Of a stretch of 64,000 nt of DNA, positions 30,191 through 39,660 are shown one piece after another (position 1 is the stretch's first letter; each line of letters opens with the position of its first letter). The DNA is taken from positions 68,676 through 132,675 of the forward strand of contig CAYZZW010000003.1 of the NCBI GenBank assembly GCA_964482955.1. The letters run 5' to 3'. Source of the DNA: an uncultured Treponemataceae bacterium. GTDB taxonomy: Bacteria; Spirochaetota; Spirochaetia; Treponematales; UBA12059. The position numbers were made by a program, and so were the translations under genes. The notes below the pieces were generated by a model that was given only the letters and a program-made list of their open reading frames with translations, did no database searches and was not told where the DNA came from.

Positions 30191-31504
30191 TCACTTCCAT
30201 TTCGAGAGATCGAGTTCCTTTTCGGTCTTGGCGACGATGGCGGAGCCGGCGATGTCGCCCGTGACGTTGAGGCAGGTGCGGCCCATGTCGAGAAGGGCGT
30301 CGATGCCGAGGATCATCGCGTAGGCGGCCGCGATGGCCGAGCCTTCGGTGACCTTGAGGCCGATGGACTCGAGGACCATGAGGAGCATGATGGCGCCGGC
30401 GCCGGGCACGCCCGCCGTGCCGATGGACGCGAGCGTGGCGGTGATGACCACCGTCAGCTGCTGGTTGAAGGTGAGGGGATTCCCGGTGGCGTAGCCGATG
30501 AACATCGCGCAGACGCCAAGGTAGATGGCCGTTCCGTCCATGTTGATCGTCGCGCCGAGGGGCAGAGTGAAGGAGCAGATGCCGCGCGGGATGCCGAGCT
30601 TCTCCTCGGAGCAGCGCATGGTGACGGGCAGGGTGCCGTTCGACGAGCGGGACACGAACGCCGTGATCATCGCCTCGTTCGCGCCCTTCAGGAACTTGAA
30701 GAAGCCGAGGCGGAAGATCGAGAGGAAGCCGCCGTAGCAGCCGACGAGGTGGATGAGGAGTCCGAGGTAGACGGTGATCGTCACCATGAGGAGCGGACCG
30801 ACGGCCTTCGCGCCCTGCTGGGCGAAGACCTGCGCGATGAGGACGAACACGCCGACCGGCGCGTACTGCATGATGCCGGCCACGACCTTGTACATGGTCT
30901 CGGCGGCGGCGTTGCAGACGTCGAAGAGGGCGGAGGCTCCTTTGGCGACGGACTCGTTCTTCGAATCCTTGACGTAGGAGATGGCCAGGCCGAAGACCAC
31001 CGCGAAGAATATGATGGGGAGCACGTCGCCCTTGGTCAGGGATTCGACCGGGTTGGTGGGTACGATGTTGAGGAGGATCTGGACGAGCGTCGGGGCTTCC
31101 GCCGTCTTGCCCTTGATGGCGGCGTCGCCGACGATGTTCATGCCCAGGCCCGGCTGGAAAATGTTGGCGAACGCGAGGCCGATGACGACGGCGACCGCGC
31201 TCGTGAAGAGGTAATAGAGGATGATCTTCACGCCGACTCGGCCGAGGCGCGACGGCGCGATGCTCGCGGCGCCCGCGATGAGCGAGAAGAGGATGACCGG
31301 CACGACGATCATCTTGAGCAGGCGGATGAAGAGGTCTCCGAAGAATTTCGTGTAGTCGACGAAGGGTTTGACCGCGTCGGGATTGAACCCGAGCGCGATG
31401 CCGACCACGGCGCCGAGCCCGAGGGCGATGAGGATCCTGAGAAGCAGATTCGACTTGAAGTACCAGTCGAAGATGCCCCTCTTTCCGGAATTGGCAGCGC
31501 TCAT
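30191..31504 (-). CDS. Dicarboxylate/amino acid:cation symporter (DAACS/SDF family)
   Basis: 437-aa ORF preceded by AAGGAGG. Family motifs are [25 protein letters not shown] and [14 protein letters not shown]. Confidence 0.9.
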   Translation of the reverse strand: MSAANSGKRGIFDWYFKSNLLLRILIALGLGAVVGIALGFNPDAVKPFVDYTKFFGDLFIRLLKMIVVPVILFSLIAGAASIAPSRLGRVGVKIILYYLFTSAVAVVIGLAFANIFQPGLGMNIVGDAAIKGKTAEAPTLVQILLNIVPTNPVESLTKGDVLPIIFFAVVFGLAISYVKDSKNESVAKGASALFDVCNAAAETMYKVVAGIMQYAPVGVFVLIAQVFAQQGAKAVGPLLMVTITVYLGLLIHLVGCYGGFLSIFRLGFFKFLKGANEAMITAFVSRSSNGTLPVTMRCSEEKLGIPRGICSFTLPLGATINMDGTAIYLGVCAMFIGYATGNPLTFNQQLTVVITATLASIGTAGVPGAGAIMLLMVLESIGLKVTEGSAIAAAYAMILGIDALLDMGRTCLNVTGDIAGSAIVAKTEKELDLSKWK

Positions 31505-31632
31505 GTGCGCCTCCTTATGGAACCTGACGTACGCTCCGCCCGATCGGGCGAAAACTTTTCATCCAGTCTACACCTCGCCCGTCGCGGGCGAAATGCACCA
31601 TAGGGAGTATTTTGCTTGCGCCGCGGGCGCCG

Positions 31633-32289
31633 TCAGATGAGACGTTCCTCGAGGACCTTCTTCACGATCTCGGCCTTCGACGAGACGTTGAGCTTCTGGT
31701 AGATGTGAAGGATGTGTTTCTTCGCGGTGGAGCCGGCGATGTGGTGCCGTTCGGCCAGCTCGCGGTAGGTGAGCCCGTCGACGATGTCCTTGAGGACTTC
31801 GCGTTCGCGGGAGGTCAGCTTGTAGTCGCTGACCGGTTCGCGGTTCGCGTCGCGCCTGACTTCGTCGAGCAGGCGGCGGGCCACGGTGGGGCTGATCGGC
31901 GAGCCGTCGTCGCGGGCCGAGAGGATCTGCTCGACGAGCGCGTCCGGCTTCGTGTTCTTGAGGATGTAGCCCTTCGCGCCGGCCTTGATCGAATCGAGGA
32001 TGCGGTCTTCGTCCTCGAAGATCGTGAGGACGATGACGGATACGGACGGGTATCGCCCGCCGAGCAGCTTCGTGGCTTCGATGCCGGTCATGCCGGTGAG
32101 GTTGATGTCCATGAGGACGATCTCCGGCGGCTGGTTGTCCCCGAGCCACGAGAAGAGGTCCTCGGCCCCGGAAAACGACGCCAGGACCTTCACCCGCGCG
32201 TCCAGCCCGAGGAGGTAGCACAGGCCTTCCCGCACCTCGAGCTCGTCCTCGACGACGACGATCGTCGTCGGTTCCCCCGTTTCCTTCAC
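31633..32289 (-). CDS. NarL/LuxR-type response regulator
   Basis: Track ORF 31633..33738 trimmed to the GTG at 32289, which overlaps the kinase stop (GTGA); the product is 218 aa. It has a receiver domain (IVVVEDELEVREGL, IVLMDINLTGMTG) and a LuxR HTH (LTSREREVLKDIVDGLTYRELAERHHIAGSTAKKHILHIYQKLNV). Confidence 0.9.
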   Translation of the reverse strand: MKETGEPTTIVVVEDELEVREGLCYLLGLDARVKVLASFSGAEDLFSWLGDNQPPEIVLMDINLTGMTGIEATKLLGGRYPSVSVIVLTIFEDEDRILDSIKAGAKGYILKNTKPDALVEQILSARDDGSPISPTVARRLLDEVRRDANREPVSDYKLTSREREVLKDIVDGLTYRELAERHHIAGSTAKKHILHIYQKLNVSSKAEIVKKVLEERLI

Positions 32290-34082
32290 GCCTTCACCTC
32301 CGCGCCCGCCGGAACTTCGATCACATAACGCGTGCCCGCTCCGTCGGCCGATTCGAAATCCACCGCGCCGCCGAGCCTCGTTATGCGATATTGGATGTTG
32401 TCGAGGCCCGTCGCGCCGCGCCCGCGGCTCCGCGAGCCGATGCCGATCCCGTCGTCCGAGAACCGGAGGATGACGCCGTTCTTGCCTCCCCCGAGGAGGA
32501 AGCGCACTTTCGCGGCCTTCGAATGCTTGAGCACGTTGCTCACGAGCTCCTCGCACACCTTCTCGATCTCGTCGCGGCTTTCCTGCGAAAGGCCGTTGTA
32601 GGCTTCCCGGCCGCGGACGCGGCATTCGAAGCCGATGCCGGACGCCTTGAGCCGATTGCGCATGCCGGCCACGAGGAGCTTCGAGGGATCGCTGCCGATG
32701 GTCTCGTCGCGCTTCATCCCGAGGATGATCTCCTTGAGCTGGCGCACGGCCTCGAGGCAGTTGCCCTCGACGCGGTCCAGGAGCTCGCGCAGGCGGGCCG
32801 GGCCGCCCTTGGCCAGGTCCTTGGCGACGCCGTTCGCGAAGAAGATGTTCGTGAGCCGCGCCCCGATGGAGTCGTGCATGTCGCGGTAGATCCGCTGGCG
32901 CTCCTCCATGATCCGGAGCTGGGTGTTTTCCCGCTGGAGGCGCCACGCTTCCTCGGTGCGCCGGGCGACCTTCTCCTCGAGTTCGCGCGAGTATTCCTCG
33001 ACCGTGCCGAAGAGGCGGTTGAACTCGTTCCCGAGTATGCCGAATTCGTCGTGGGTCTTGATGTCCACCCGGGCGTTCTTGTCCCCGGATTCGAGCCGGT
33101 TGATCACCGAGACGATGTGGCCGAGCGGCGACACGATCAGCTTCCCGGTGACGGCAGCTATGGCGAGCACGAGGAAGACCGTGAGGGCGATCTCGATGGC
33201 GCTCACCGTGTTGAGGAGGGTCCGCATGGAGAGGAACATGGGCTCGAGGGGCATGCCCACCGCGATCTTCCATTTGAAGCGTCCCGTCTGCCGGTGGAAG
33301 AAGAGGTATTCCCGTCCGCTCGCCACGCCGCGGAAGTCGCCCGAATCGAGCTCGACGATTCGGCGGTAGTCCCGTTCCGACAGGCCGCCGCGCGGCGGAC
33401 CGGCGGATACCGCGTCCTCGAACTGGCTGGCCACGATGACGCCGCCGGGAGCCAGGACGATGGCCTTGCCGCCCCGGGGGATGTCGAGCTTTTCGAGCAT
33501 GGTGTGGAAGTCGTCGAGCAGGATGTCCAGCCCGAGCACGCCGACGAAGGAGCCGTTCTCGGCGAGCACGGGCATGGCGCAAGTGATGCCGTAGCGGTCG
33601 GTGCTCGCGAAACGGTAGGGCTTGGACAGGATGAGGTCTCCGCGCGCGATCGCGTCGAGGTACCAGGGCCGCGTCCGCGGGTCGTAGTCGGGGGGGATGG
33701 CGGGCAGGTAATCGGAAAAGCCCTCTCCGTAGCCCCATTCCAGCATCCGTCCGTCGACGGTGCCGAGATAGATCGCCCTCAAATAGCTCTGGCGTTCGAG
33801 CACGGTGGACACGAAGAGGTCCCGCATCGCGTCGGCCCGGACGTTCTTGACGATTTTCAAGTCCGCGTAGGATCGGGCCAGGTGTTCCAGTTCGCCGACG
33901 AAGTCGTCGAGGCGGCGCTCGGTCTGGTCGAGCATGAGCGAGGCGATGCCGTCGGCCGTGTCGTTCGCGTATTCGCCGACCATGCCGCGGATCACGGCGA
34001 AGCTGGCTACCATGAACGCTACCACGAAGCAGGCGACCACGAGTATGAATTTCTCACCGAGTCCGAAACGACGCTTGTCCAT
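32286..34082 (-). CDS. Sensor histidine kinase: dCache-like sensor, HAMP, HisKA_3, HATPase
   Basis: Track ORF 32286..34223 trimmed to Met48 (ATG at 34082, MDKRRFGLGEKFILVVACFVVAFMV). It has a Cache-like periplasmic region (YRFASTDRYGITCAMPVLAENGSFVGVLGLDILLDDF), an H-box (RQRIYRDMHDSIGARLTNI) and an ATPase G-box region (DDGIGIGSRSRGRGATGLDNI). Confidence 0.9.
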   Translation of the reverse strand: MDKRRFGLGEKFILVVACFVVAFMVASFAVIRGMVGEYANDTADGIASLMLDQTERRLDDFVGELEHLARSYADLKIVKNVRADAMRDLFVSTVLERQSYLRAIYLGTVDGRMLEWGYGEGFSDYLPAIPPDYDPRTRPWYLDAIARGDLILSKPYRFASTDRYGITCAMPVLAENGSFVGVLGLDILLDDFHTMLEKLDIPRGGKAIVLAPGGVIVASQFEDAVSAGPPRGGLSERDYRRIVELDSGDFRGVASGREYLFFHRQTGRFKWKIAVGMPLEPMFLSMRTLLNTVSAIEIALTVFLVLAIAAVTGKLIVSPLGHIVSVINRLESGDKNARVDIKTHDEFGILGNEFNRLFGTVEEYSRELEEKVARRTEEAWRLQRENTQLRIMEERQRIYRDMHDSIGARLTNIFFANGVAKDLAKGGPARLRELLDRVEGNCLEAVRQLKEIILGMKRDETIGSDPSKLLVAGMRNRLKASGIGFECRVRGREAYNGLSQESRDEIEKVCEELVSNVLKHSKAAKVRFLLGGGKNGVILRFSDDGIGIGSRSRGRGATGLDNIQYRITRLGGAVDFESADGAGTRYVIEVPAGAEVKA

Positions 34083-34181
34083 GACGGACGCCGATTGTAC
34101 CGCGCCTTCGGGCGCGGGGCAAGGACCGGCCCGAACGCGCGTTCCGAAAAACCGCCTTGGAAAATTGCCAGCGGCGGGCAA

Positions 34182-37100
34182 ATGGAGTACACTGTCTCCA
34201 TGGATCCAGAACGATCTCATCATATCGCCCCGACCGACTTCCCGAACCTCGCGTTCGACAAGCTCGCGTCTTCATACACCATCGTCAAGACGGTCCATGA
34301 CCAGTTCCGCGGGCGCATCGCCGAGATAGCGCCGAAACTGGACGGCCAGGAAAGGCTCATCGCGCAGGCGCAGGCCCGTTGCGACGCGCTCAAGCCGCGG
34401 CTCGCCGAGCTTGCCGAGGCCATATCCGCGGTCATCTCCGTGGTCAACGACGCGCGCGGCTTCGTCGCGTCTGGCGAGGAGAGCCTCAAGGTCTCGGTCG
34501 TCAGGGTGCGCGACGCCGTCGAGCGCGTGCGCGCCCTGGACGCCGAGATGCGGGTCATCGTGGAGATCGCGGGGCGCGTGGCGGAGCGCATGGGGGAGAT
34601 CGCGGACATCGCCGTCGAGAACAAGCTGATAGCGATCAACGCGTCCATCACCGCGAGCCGCGCCGGCGACAAGGTACGCGGATTCAAGGTGATCGCGGCG
34701 GAAGTGACCCGCCTGTCGGTGCTCATGGCCGAAAAGGTGGACGCCATCGTGGCCCGGTCGTCGAGGACGGCGGAGCGCGTGTCGCTCATGACGCGGCAGA
34801 TGCGGGACGGCGTGGACAGCACAGCCAACGCCGTGCGCAGCATCGACGAGGCCTTCGGCATCCTGTCGGACATCCTGGAGACGATGGAAGGCGCCGGCCG
34901 TTCGGCCCGCGAGATGCTCGAGGAAGCGGGCACGCTCGCCGCGGGCGTCGAGCACCTCCGTTCCTCGCTGTCCGACGTCGCCGAATCGGGTTCGGGCGCC
35001 GCCCGCGTGGCGGAGGAGAGCGCGCGGCTCATCGCCTCCCAGCAGTCGGAACTCGAAGGCATCGGTTCGGACATGCCGGAGCTCGGGCATCGCGCCCGCG
35101 ATCTGGCCGCTCGGGCGCGAGAACTCGGGGGCGAAGGGCAGGAGCCCGGCGACGACGAGACCACCCTCGTCATGAGCGAACTTCCCATCGGCCAATACGA
35201 TCCGGCGCTCGCCACCCTCGTGCGCGAATACCACTACGCCATCTTCACGTGCCTCCGGCTCATCCGTTACTCGAGCGACAAGAAACTCGTGCCGTACTTC
35301 GCGGAATCCTGGACCCTGGTCGACGGCGAACGCACCTGGGACTTCACGCTCAAGAAGGGCGTCAAGTTCCCCGACGGCACCGAGGTGACGTCCGCGGACG
35401 TCAAGTTCTCGCTCGAACGCGTCCTCAAGCCCGATTTGAAATCGCCCTACGCCAACTTCCTCACCGTCATCGAGGGAGCGGACGAGTTCCGCGCCGGGCG
35501 GGCGGCCGAAGTGCGCGGCATCGCGCCGACCGGCCCCTACGCCGTGCGCATCGTGCTCAAGAGCGCGACGAATTTCTTCCTCGGGCTCCTCGCGCACAGT
35601 TTCTGCTCGATCGTGAAGAAGGATCCCGCTTGGTTCGGCGCGCCCCTGACCCGTTCCGCCGTCGTGTCGGCGGGGCCCTACCGTTCGCTTCCCGAGAGCA
35701 CCGACGCCGTGCAGGTCCTCGAGGCGAATCCCGGTTTCGTGAACGGTTCGCCGTTCTTCCGCCGGTTGGTGATCAGGCGGGACGTGAAGGACATCGCGGC
35801 CGCGGCGGCCGCCGGCGAGATGCGGATCGCCTACAACATTCCCGCGGCGCTCGAGCGCGACATCAGGCACGCCGGTTTCCGCGGCGAAACGCGCCGCTAC
35901 GTCTCGCGGTACTGCGCCGGCATCTGCGTCAACTTCCTGAAGGACAATCCCGTCACCCGGAACGCCGAGCTCAGGCGCGCCCTGGTCATGGCGCTCGACC
36001 GGGACGGCATCGTGGGACGGGCGTTCGGGGGCGACGCTGTCCGGGCCGATACCGTCATCGTGAAGGAACTCCTCGACACGGGCGAGCGCGGATTCGTGGA
36101 ATTCAACCCGGATCGCGCCAAGGAGACAATCGCGGCTTCGGGCGTCTCGGGCATGACCTTCACGCTCGCGTTCGTGAAAAGCCCGGCGTACGTCGGCGCG
36201 GACAAGGTCGTCCGCGACGTGGCCGAGGATTTCGCGCGTGCCGGGGTCAAGGTTTCGATCGTGGAGCTGCCGCCCGAAAAGGCCAAGGTCGAGGAATACC
36301 GAAAATACGACCTCGTGCTCCTCCGCTTCATGCCGGAGCCGGATCTCTACGCGGGACTCGAGCCCTTCATCAATCCCGAAGGCGGCGACAACTACTTCCA
36401 TTACGACAATCCGGCCATCTTCGACGAGCTCAAGGCGTCGATCTCGATCCGCAACGAAAACGACCGCAAGGAGCGGTTCAAGACCATCATCGAGCACTTC
36501 ACGCTCGACGTGTTCATGATCCCGCTCTATTTCCAGAAGACCATCTGCCTCATCGCGCGCGGGGTGAAGAGCGTGTACCTTTCGCTCGAGGAATCCTTCT
36601 TGCCCGACGCCGCCTATCCGGACGTCCTTTCGGCTTCGTTCGAGGCGGTCCGAAGGGACCAGGCTGGCAAGGCGCTCGTGGCCGAGTACGCGAGCCGAAC
36701 CAACGCGATGCGCGCCCGCGTTGCGCGGGTGGACGAGAGCGCGGCATCGCTGAACGGTTCGCTCGGCGCGATGATACACGGCGTCCTCGGGCAGGGGCGA
36801 AAACTGGCGGAAATAGACGCGGCCATCCGCGATTTCGAGGAACGTTCCGCGCGGCTCAAGGGCAAGAGCGTCGCCGTCAGCGCCGAGGTCCGCAAGTCGG
36901 CCGAGGAAGCCCGCGGCAGCGCGGACGCCGCGCGCATGATCCTGGACGGCCTGGACCGGCTCCAGCGCGAGCTGTCGGCCACCGCGGCGTCGCTCGACCT
37001 CGTGACGAAGGACATCGCCGAGATGGTGTCCATCTCCGAGTCGATCGCCAAGTCGAACGACGTGATCGGCTCGGTGGCGGTCAACGCGGCCATCATCTCG

Positions 37101-37577
37101 TCGAAGGGGGGAGCCGCGAAGGCGGATCTGCTCAAGGTGTCGAAAGCCATCGCGGAACTCGCCCGGCGCAACGACGAGTACGGCACGGCGACGAAGAGCA
37201 TCCTCGCCGAGATGTACGAGCTCGCGCGCGCGGACTCGGGCGGGCTCGCGAAGTCGATCGCCGTCATGGCGGAGGCGATCGGCGAAGTCGGTTCGTCGGG
37301 CGCCATGCTGGCGCGCGTGGCGCCCACCCTGGGCGACGTCGAAGGCCGGACGAACCGCATCGCCGCGCTCACCGACGAACTCGCCGGGCTCCTCGGCGAG
37401 ACGGCCCGGGCGGTTTCGGACAGGAGCGGCGCCTCGAGCTACGTCATGTCGTCCGCCGAGACGATGAAGTACGGCATCGAGCTCGAGCGCGCCGTCGTGG
37501 AAGTCCTCCGCGACGTAGTCGAGCTCAACAAGCAGTTCGGCGTCGAAGTGTCCGGCGAGCAGGCTTCGATTCGCTGA
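34182..37577 (+). CDS. Cytoplasmic chimera: MCP-signalling domain, family-5 solute-binding (OppA/DppA-like) domain, then a second degenerate MCP-like coiled coil
   Basis: This is the 3' part (1131 aa) of track ORF 32391..37577, starting at the ATG at 34182 (alternative 34200). The upstream part of that ORF is antisense to the kinase gene. The MCP hairpin tip is EIADIAVENKLIAINASITASRAGDKVRGFKVIAAEVTRLS (34599-34718). The SBP_bac_5-like core is FAESWTLVDGERTWDFTLKKGVKFPDGTEVTSADVKFSLERVLKP, spanning roughly 35163-36611. A degenerate second tip is ISESIAKSNDVIGSVAVNAAIISSKGG (37032-37163). I see no signal peptide or TM segment. Confidence 0.8.
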   Translation: MEYTVSMDPERSHHIAPTDFPNLAFDKLASSYTIVKTVHDQFRGRIAEIAPKLDGQERLIAQAQARCDALKPRLAELAEAISAVISVVNDARGFVASGEESLKVSVVRVRDAVERVRALDAEMRVIVEIAGRVAERMGEIADIAVENKLIAINASITASRAGDKVRGFKVIAAEVTRLSVLMAEKVDAIVARSSRTAERVSLMTRQMRDGVDSTANAVRSIDEAFGILSDILETMEGAGRSAREMLEEAGTLAAGVEHLRSSLSDVAESGSGAARVAEESARLIASQQSELEGIGSDMPELGHRARDLAARARELGGEGQEPGDDETTLVMSELPIGQYDPALATLVREYHYAIFTCLRLIRYSSDKKLVPYFAESWTLVDGERTWDFTLKKGVKFPDGTEVTSADVKFSLERVLKPDLKSPYANFLTVIEGADEFRAGRAAEVRGIAPTGPYAVRIVLKSATNFFLGLLAHSFCSIVKKDPAWFGAPLTRSAVVSAGPYRSLPESTDAVQVLEANPGFVNGSPFFRRLVIRRDVKDIAAAAAAGEMRIAYNIPAALERDIRHAGFRGETRRYVSRYCAGICVNFLKDNPVTRNAELRRALVMALDRDGIVGRAFGGDAVRADTVIVKELLDTGERGFVEFNPDRAKETIAASGVSGMTFTLAFVKSPAYVGADKVVRDVAEDFARAGVKVSIVELPPEKAKVEEYRKYDLVLLRFMPEPDLYAGLEPFINPEGGDNYFHYDNPAIFDELKASISIRNENDRKERFKTIIEHFTLDVFMIPLYFQKTICLIARGVKSVYLSLEESFLPDAAYPDVLSASFEAVRRDQAGKALVAEYASRTNAMRARVARVDESAASLNGSLGAMIHGVLGQGRKLAEIDAAIRDFEERSARLKGKSVAVSAEVRKSAEEARGSADAARMILDGLDRLQRELSATAASLDLVTKDIAEMVSISESIAKSNDVIGSVAVNAAIISSKGGAAKADLLKVSKAIAELARRNDEYGTATKSILAEMYELARADSGGLAKSIAVMAEAIGEVGSSGAMLARVAPTLGDVEGRTNRIAALTDELAGLLGETARAVSDRSGASSYVMSSAETMKYGIELERAVVEVLRDVVELNKQFGVEVSGEQASIR

Positions 37578-37624
37578 CCGCGCGGCCGGTCTTTCGCGTC
37601 CGGCGCTCGGATCGGAGGGCCGCT

Positions 37625-38548
37625 TCAGGCGCGGGAAGCGACGAAGGCCAGCACCGCGCGCTCGATGTCGTCGCGCACCGCCCGCACGCGAGCCATGATA
37701 TCGTCGTCGCTTCCCTGAAAGGCCGAAGGATCGTCGAAGGGCCAGTGAAGGCGTTCGACGCGGCCGGGAAAGATGGGGCAGCGTTCGGAAGCTTCCTTCG
37801 AACAGACCGTCACGACGACGTCGAACGCGGCTCCCGCGTCCTCGAGCGCGAACACGGTTTTCGTCGAGTTGCCGGAGATGTCGATGCCGCGTTCCGCCAT
37901 CGCGCGCACGACGAAGGGATTCAGTTTTCCCGCCTCCAGTCCGGCGCTTTCGACCGCGTAGTCGCCGCCGGCGTGTCGTTCCAGGAAAGCCGCGGCCATC
38001 TGGCTCCGCGCGGAGTTGTGGACGCACAGGAAGAGGACGCGCGTCTTGCCGACGCCGGCAAGACGATCGGCGCCGCGCTCCGGCTCCCGTTGCGCCGGCT
38101 TCGCCATGAGCGGATTCTCCCCGGATCGTGTCTTGATCTTGCAGGCGCACTGACCGCCGAGTTCGTATTCGACGTCGCGCCGTACCGGCAGGCCGTCGTT
38201 GTCCCACTCCACCATGCCGCCCGCCAGGTACGCGATGTTTTCGTAGCCGGCGGCGGCAAGCGCCGCCGCCGCCTGCCGGGCGTAGATGCCAACGGCGTCC
38301 GCGATCACGAGCGGCCTGTCCCGAGGCAGCTCCGGCTCGATCGACTCGAATTTCGTCCAGGGCGCGTAGATCGCGTCGGGTACGTCGAAGACGCGGAAGT
38401 TCGTCTCGTAGGTTTCGCGGAGATCGACGAGGACCGCGCCTCGGCGGAGGCATTCGTACGCTTCCGCCGACGACAGAACCGCGATGCCGTCGTGCCGCGG
38501 CAGCTTGCCTTGGTACGCGCGGAAATCCGGGATCCCGACCATGCTCAC
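37625..38548 (-). CDS. arsC: Rhodanese-like domain fused to a thioredoxin-coupled (LMW-PTP type) arsenate reductase
   Basis: 307-aa ORF. The N-terminal rhodanese fold includes LVDLRETYE and ENIAYLAGGMVEW. The C-terminal ArsC has a CX5R P-loop (LFLCVHNSARSQMAAAF) and the downstream Cys pair (VTVCSKEASERCPIFPG). Confidence 0.85.
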   Translation of the reverse strand: MSMVGIPDFRAYQGKLPRHDGIAVLSSAEAYECLRRGAVLVDLRETYETNFRVFDVPDAIYAPWTKFESIEPELPRDRPLVIADAVGIYARQAAAALAAAGYENIAYLAGGMVEWDNDGLPVRRDVEYELGGQCACKIKTRSGENPLMAKPAQREPERGADRLAGVGKTRVLFLCVHNSARSQMAAAFLERHAGGDYAVESAGLEAGKLNPFVVRAMAERGIDISGNSTKTVFALEDAGAAFDVVVTVCSKEASERCPIFPGRVERLHWPFDDPSAFQGSDDDIMARVRAVRDDIERAVLAFVASRA

Positions 38549-38570
38549 CTCCGGTACGGTCCGGACGGGC

Positions 38571-39623
38571 TCACGCCGTCTTCGGGAACGAGGAGCGGGT
38601 GGCCTTGGCGATGCGCACGAGCGAGAGCATCACGGGCACTTCCACGAGCACGCCGACAACGGTCGCCAACGCGGCGCCCGAAGACAGCCCGAAGAGGCTG
38701 ATCGCCACGGCGACGGAGAGCTCGAAGAAATTCGACGCGCCGATCATTCCCGCGGGCGCCGCCACTTCGTACGGCACCTTCCACGCCTTGGCCCAGCCGT
38801 AGCCGAGGAAGAAGATGACGTAGGTCTGGATGACGAGCGGCACGGCGATGAGGACGATGGCGAGCGGATTGGCGAGGATCACGCGGCCCTGGAAGGCGAA
38901 GAGGATGACGAGCGTGAGGAGGAGTCCCGCTTCGGTGATGCCTTCGAAACGCTTGAGGAAGACGCCCTCGAACCACTCGACGCCGCGCTTCCGGATGAGA
39001 AGCGTCCGGGTGACCGCCCCGGCGCCGAGCGGGATGACCACGAAGAGCGCGACGGAGAGGAAGAGCGTGTCCCAGGGGACGCGCACGTCGCTCACGCCGA
39101 GGAGGAAGCCCACGATGGGCGTGAAGGCGAAGAGGATGACGAGGTCGTTGACCGCCACCTGCACCACGGTGTAGCCCGCGTCGCCGTCGGAGAGGTAGGA
39201 CCAGACGAAGACCATGGCGGTGCAGGGCGCGGCGCCGAGGAGCACGGCCCCGGCCAAATATTCGGTGGAGAGTCCCGCGGGGATGAGCGCCTTGAAGACC
39301 ACCTTGAGGAAGAACCAGGCGATCGCGTACATCGTGAAGGGCTTCACGAGCCAGTTCACGACGAGCGTGACGACGAGTCCCTTCGGTTTCTTTCCGGCGT
39401 TCTTGACGCTGCCGAAATCGACCTTGAGCATCATGGGATAGATCATGAGCCAGATGAGGATGGCGACGGGTATCGAGACCCGCGCGTATTCGAACTTGCC
39501 GAGGAAGGCGGGCACTCCCGGGAGGAAATGCCCGATGGCCACGCCGAGCCCGATGCAGAGCGCCACCCACAGCGAAAGATACTTCGCGAAAAAGCCGATG
39601 CCCGAACGCGCCGCTTTTTCCAT
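38571..39623 (-). CDS. acr3: ACR3-family arsenite efflux transporter
   Basis: 350-aa polytopic ORF with an ACR3-like N-terminus (FFAKYLSLWVALCIGLGVAIG ... VAILIWLMIYPMMLKVDF). Confidence 0.9.
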   Translation of the reverse strand: MEKAARSGIGFFAKYLSLWVALCIGLGVAIGHFLPGVPAFLGKFEYARVSIPVAILIWLMIYPMMLKVDFGSVKNAGKKPKGLVVTLVVNWLVKPFTMYAIAWFFLKVVFKALIPAGLSTEYLAGAVLLGAAPCTAMVFVWSYLSDGDAGYTVVQVAVNDLVILFAFTPIVGFLLGVSDVRVPWDTLFLSVALFVVIPLGAGAVTRTLLIRKRGVEWFEGVFLKRFEGITEAGLLLTLVILFAFQGRVILANPLAIVLIAVPLVIQTYVIFFLGYGWAKAWKVPYEVAAPAGMIGASNFFELSVAVAISLFGLSSGAALATVVGVLVEVPVMLSLVRIAKATRSSFPKTA

Positions 39624-39660
39624 GTCGACCTCCCGATTTCGTTCCTTCCTGTTCGACCGG

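Noticed and set aside
34157-34169. Sigma-54-like TTGGAAAATTGCC upstream of the MCP-SBP gene
   Set aside because: The GG-to-GC spacing is 8 nt instead of the 12 nt (G to G) of the TGGCAC-N5-TTGC consensus.
32391-34181. The 5' 597 codons of track ORF 32391..37577, which would make a 1728-aa protein
   Set aside because: This part is antisense to the histidine-kinase gene and has shadow-ORF composition. Recognisable sequence begins only at the ATG at 34182, in the divergent spacer.
34272-38701. A 1393-aa minus-strand ORF (34272..38453) and a 1440-aa plus-strand ORF in another frame (34379..38701)
   Set aside because: Both overlap the MCP-SBP chimera and the arsC/acr3 genes, whose frames carry specific family motifs. 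The products of the two ORFs are Arg/Gly/Pro-rich low-complexity sequence.
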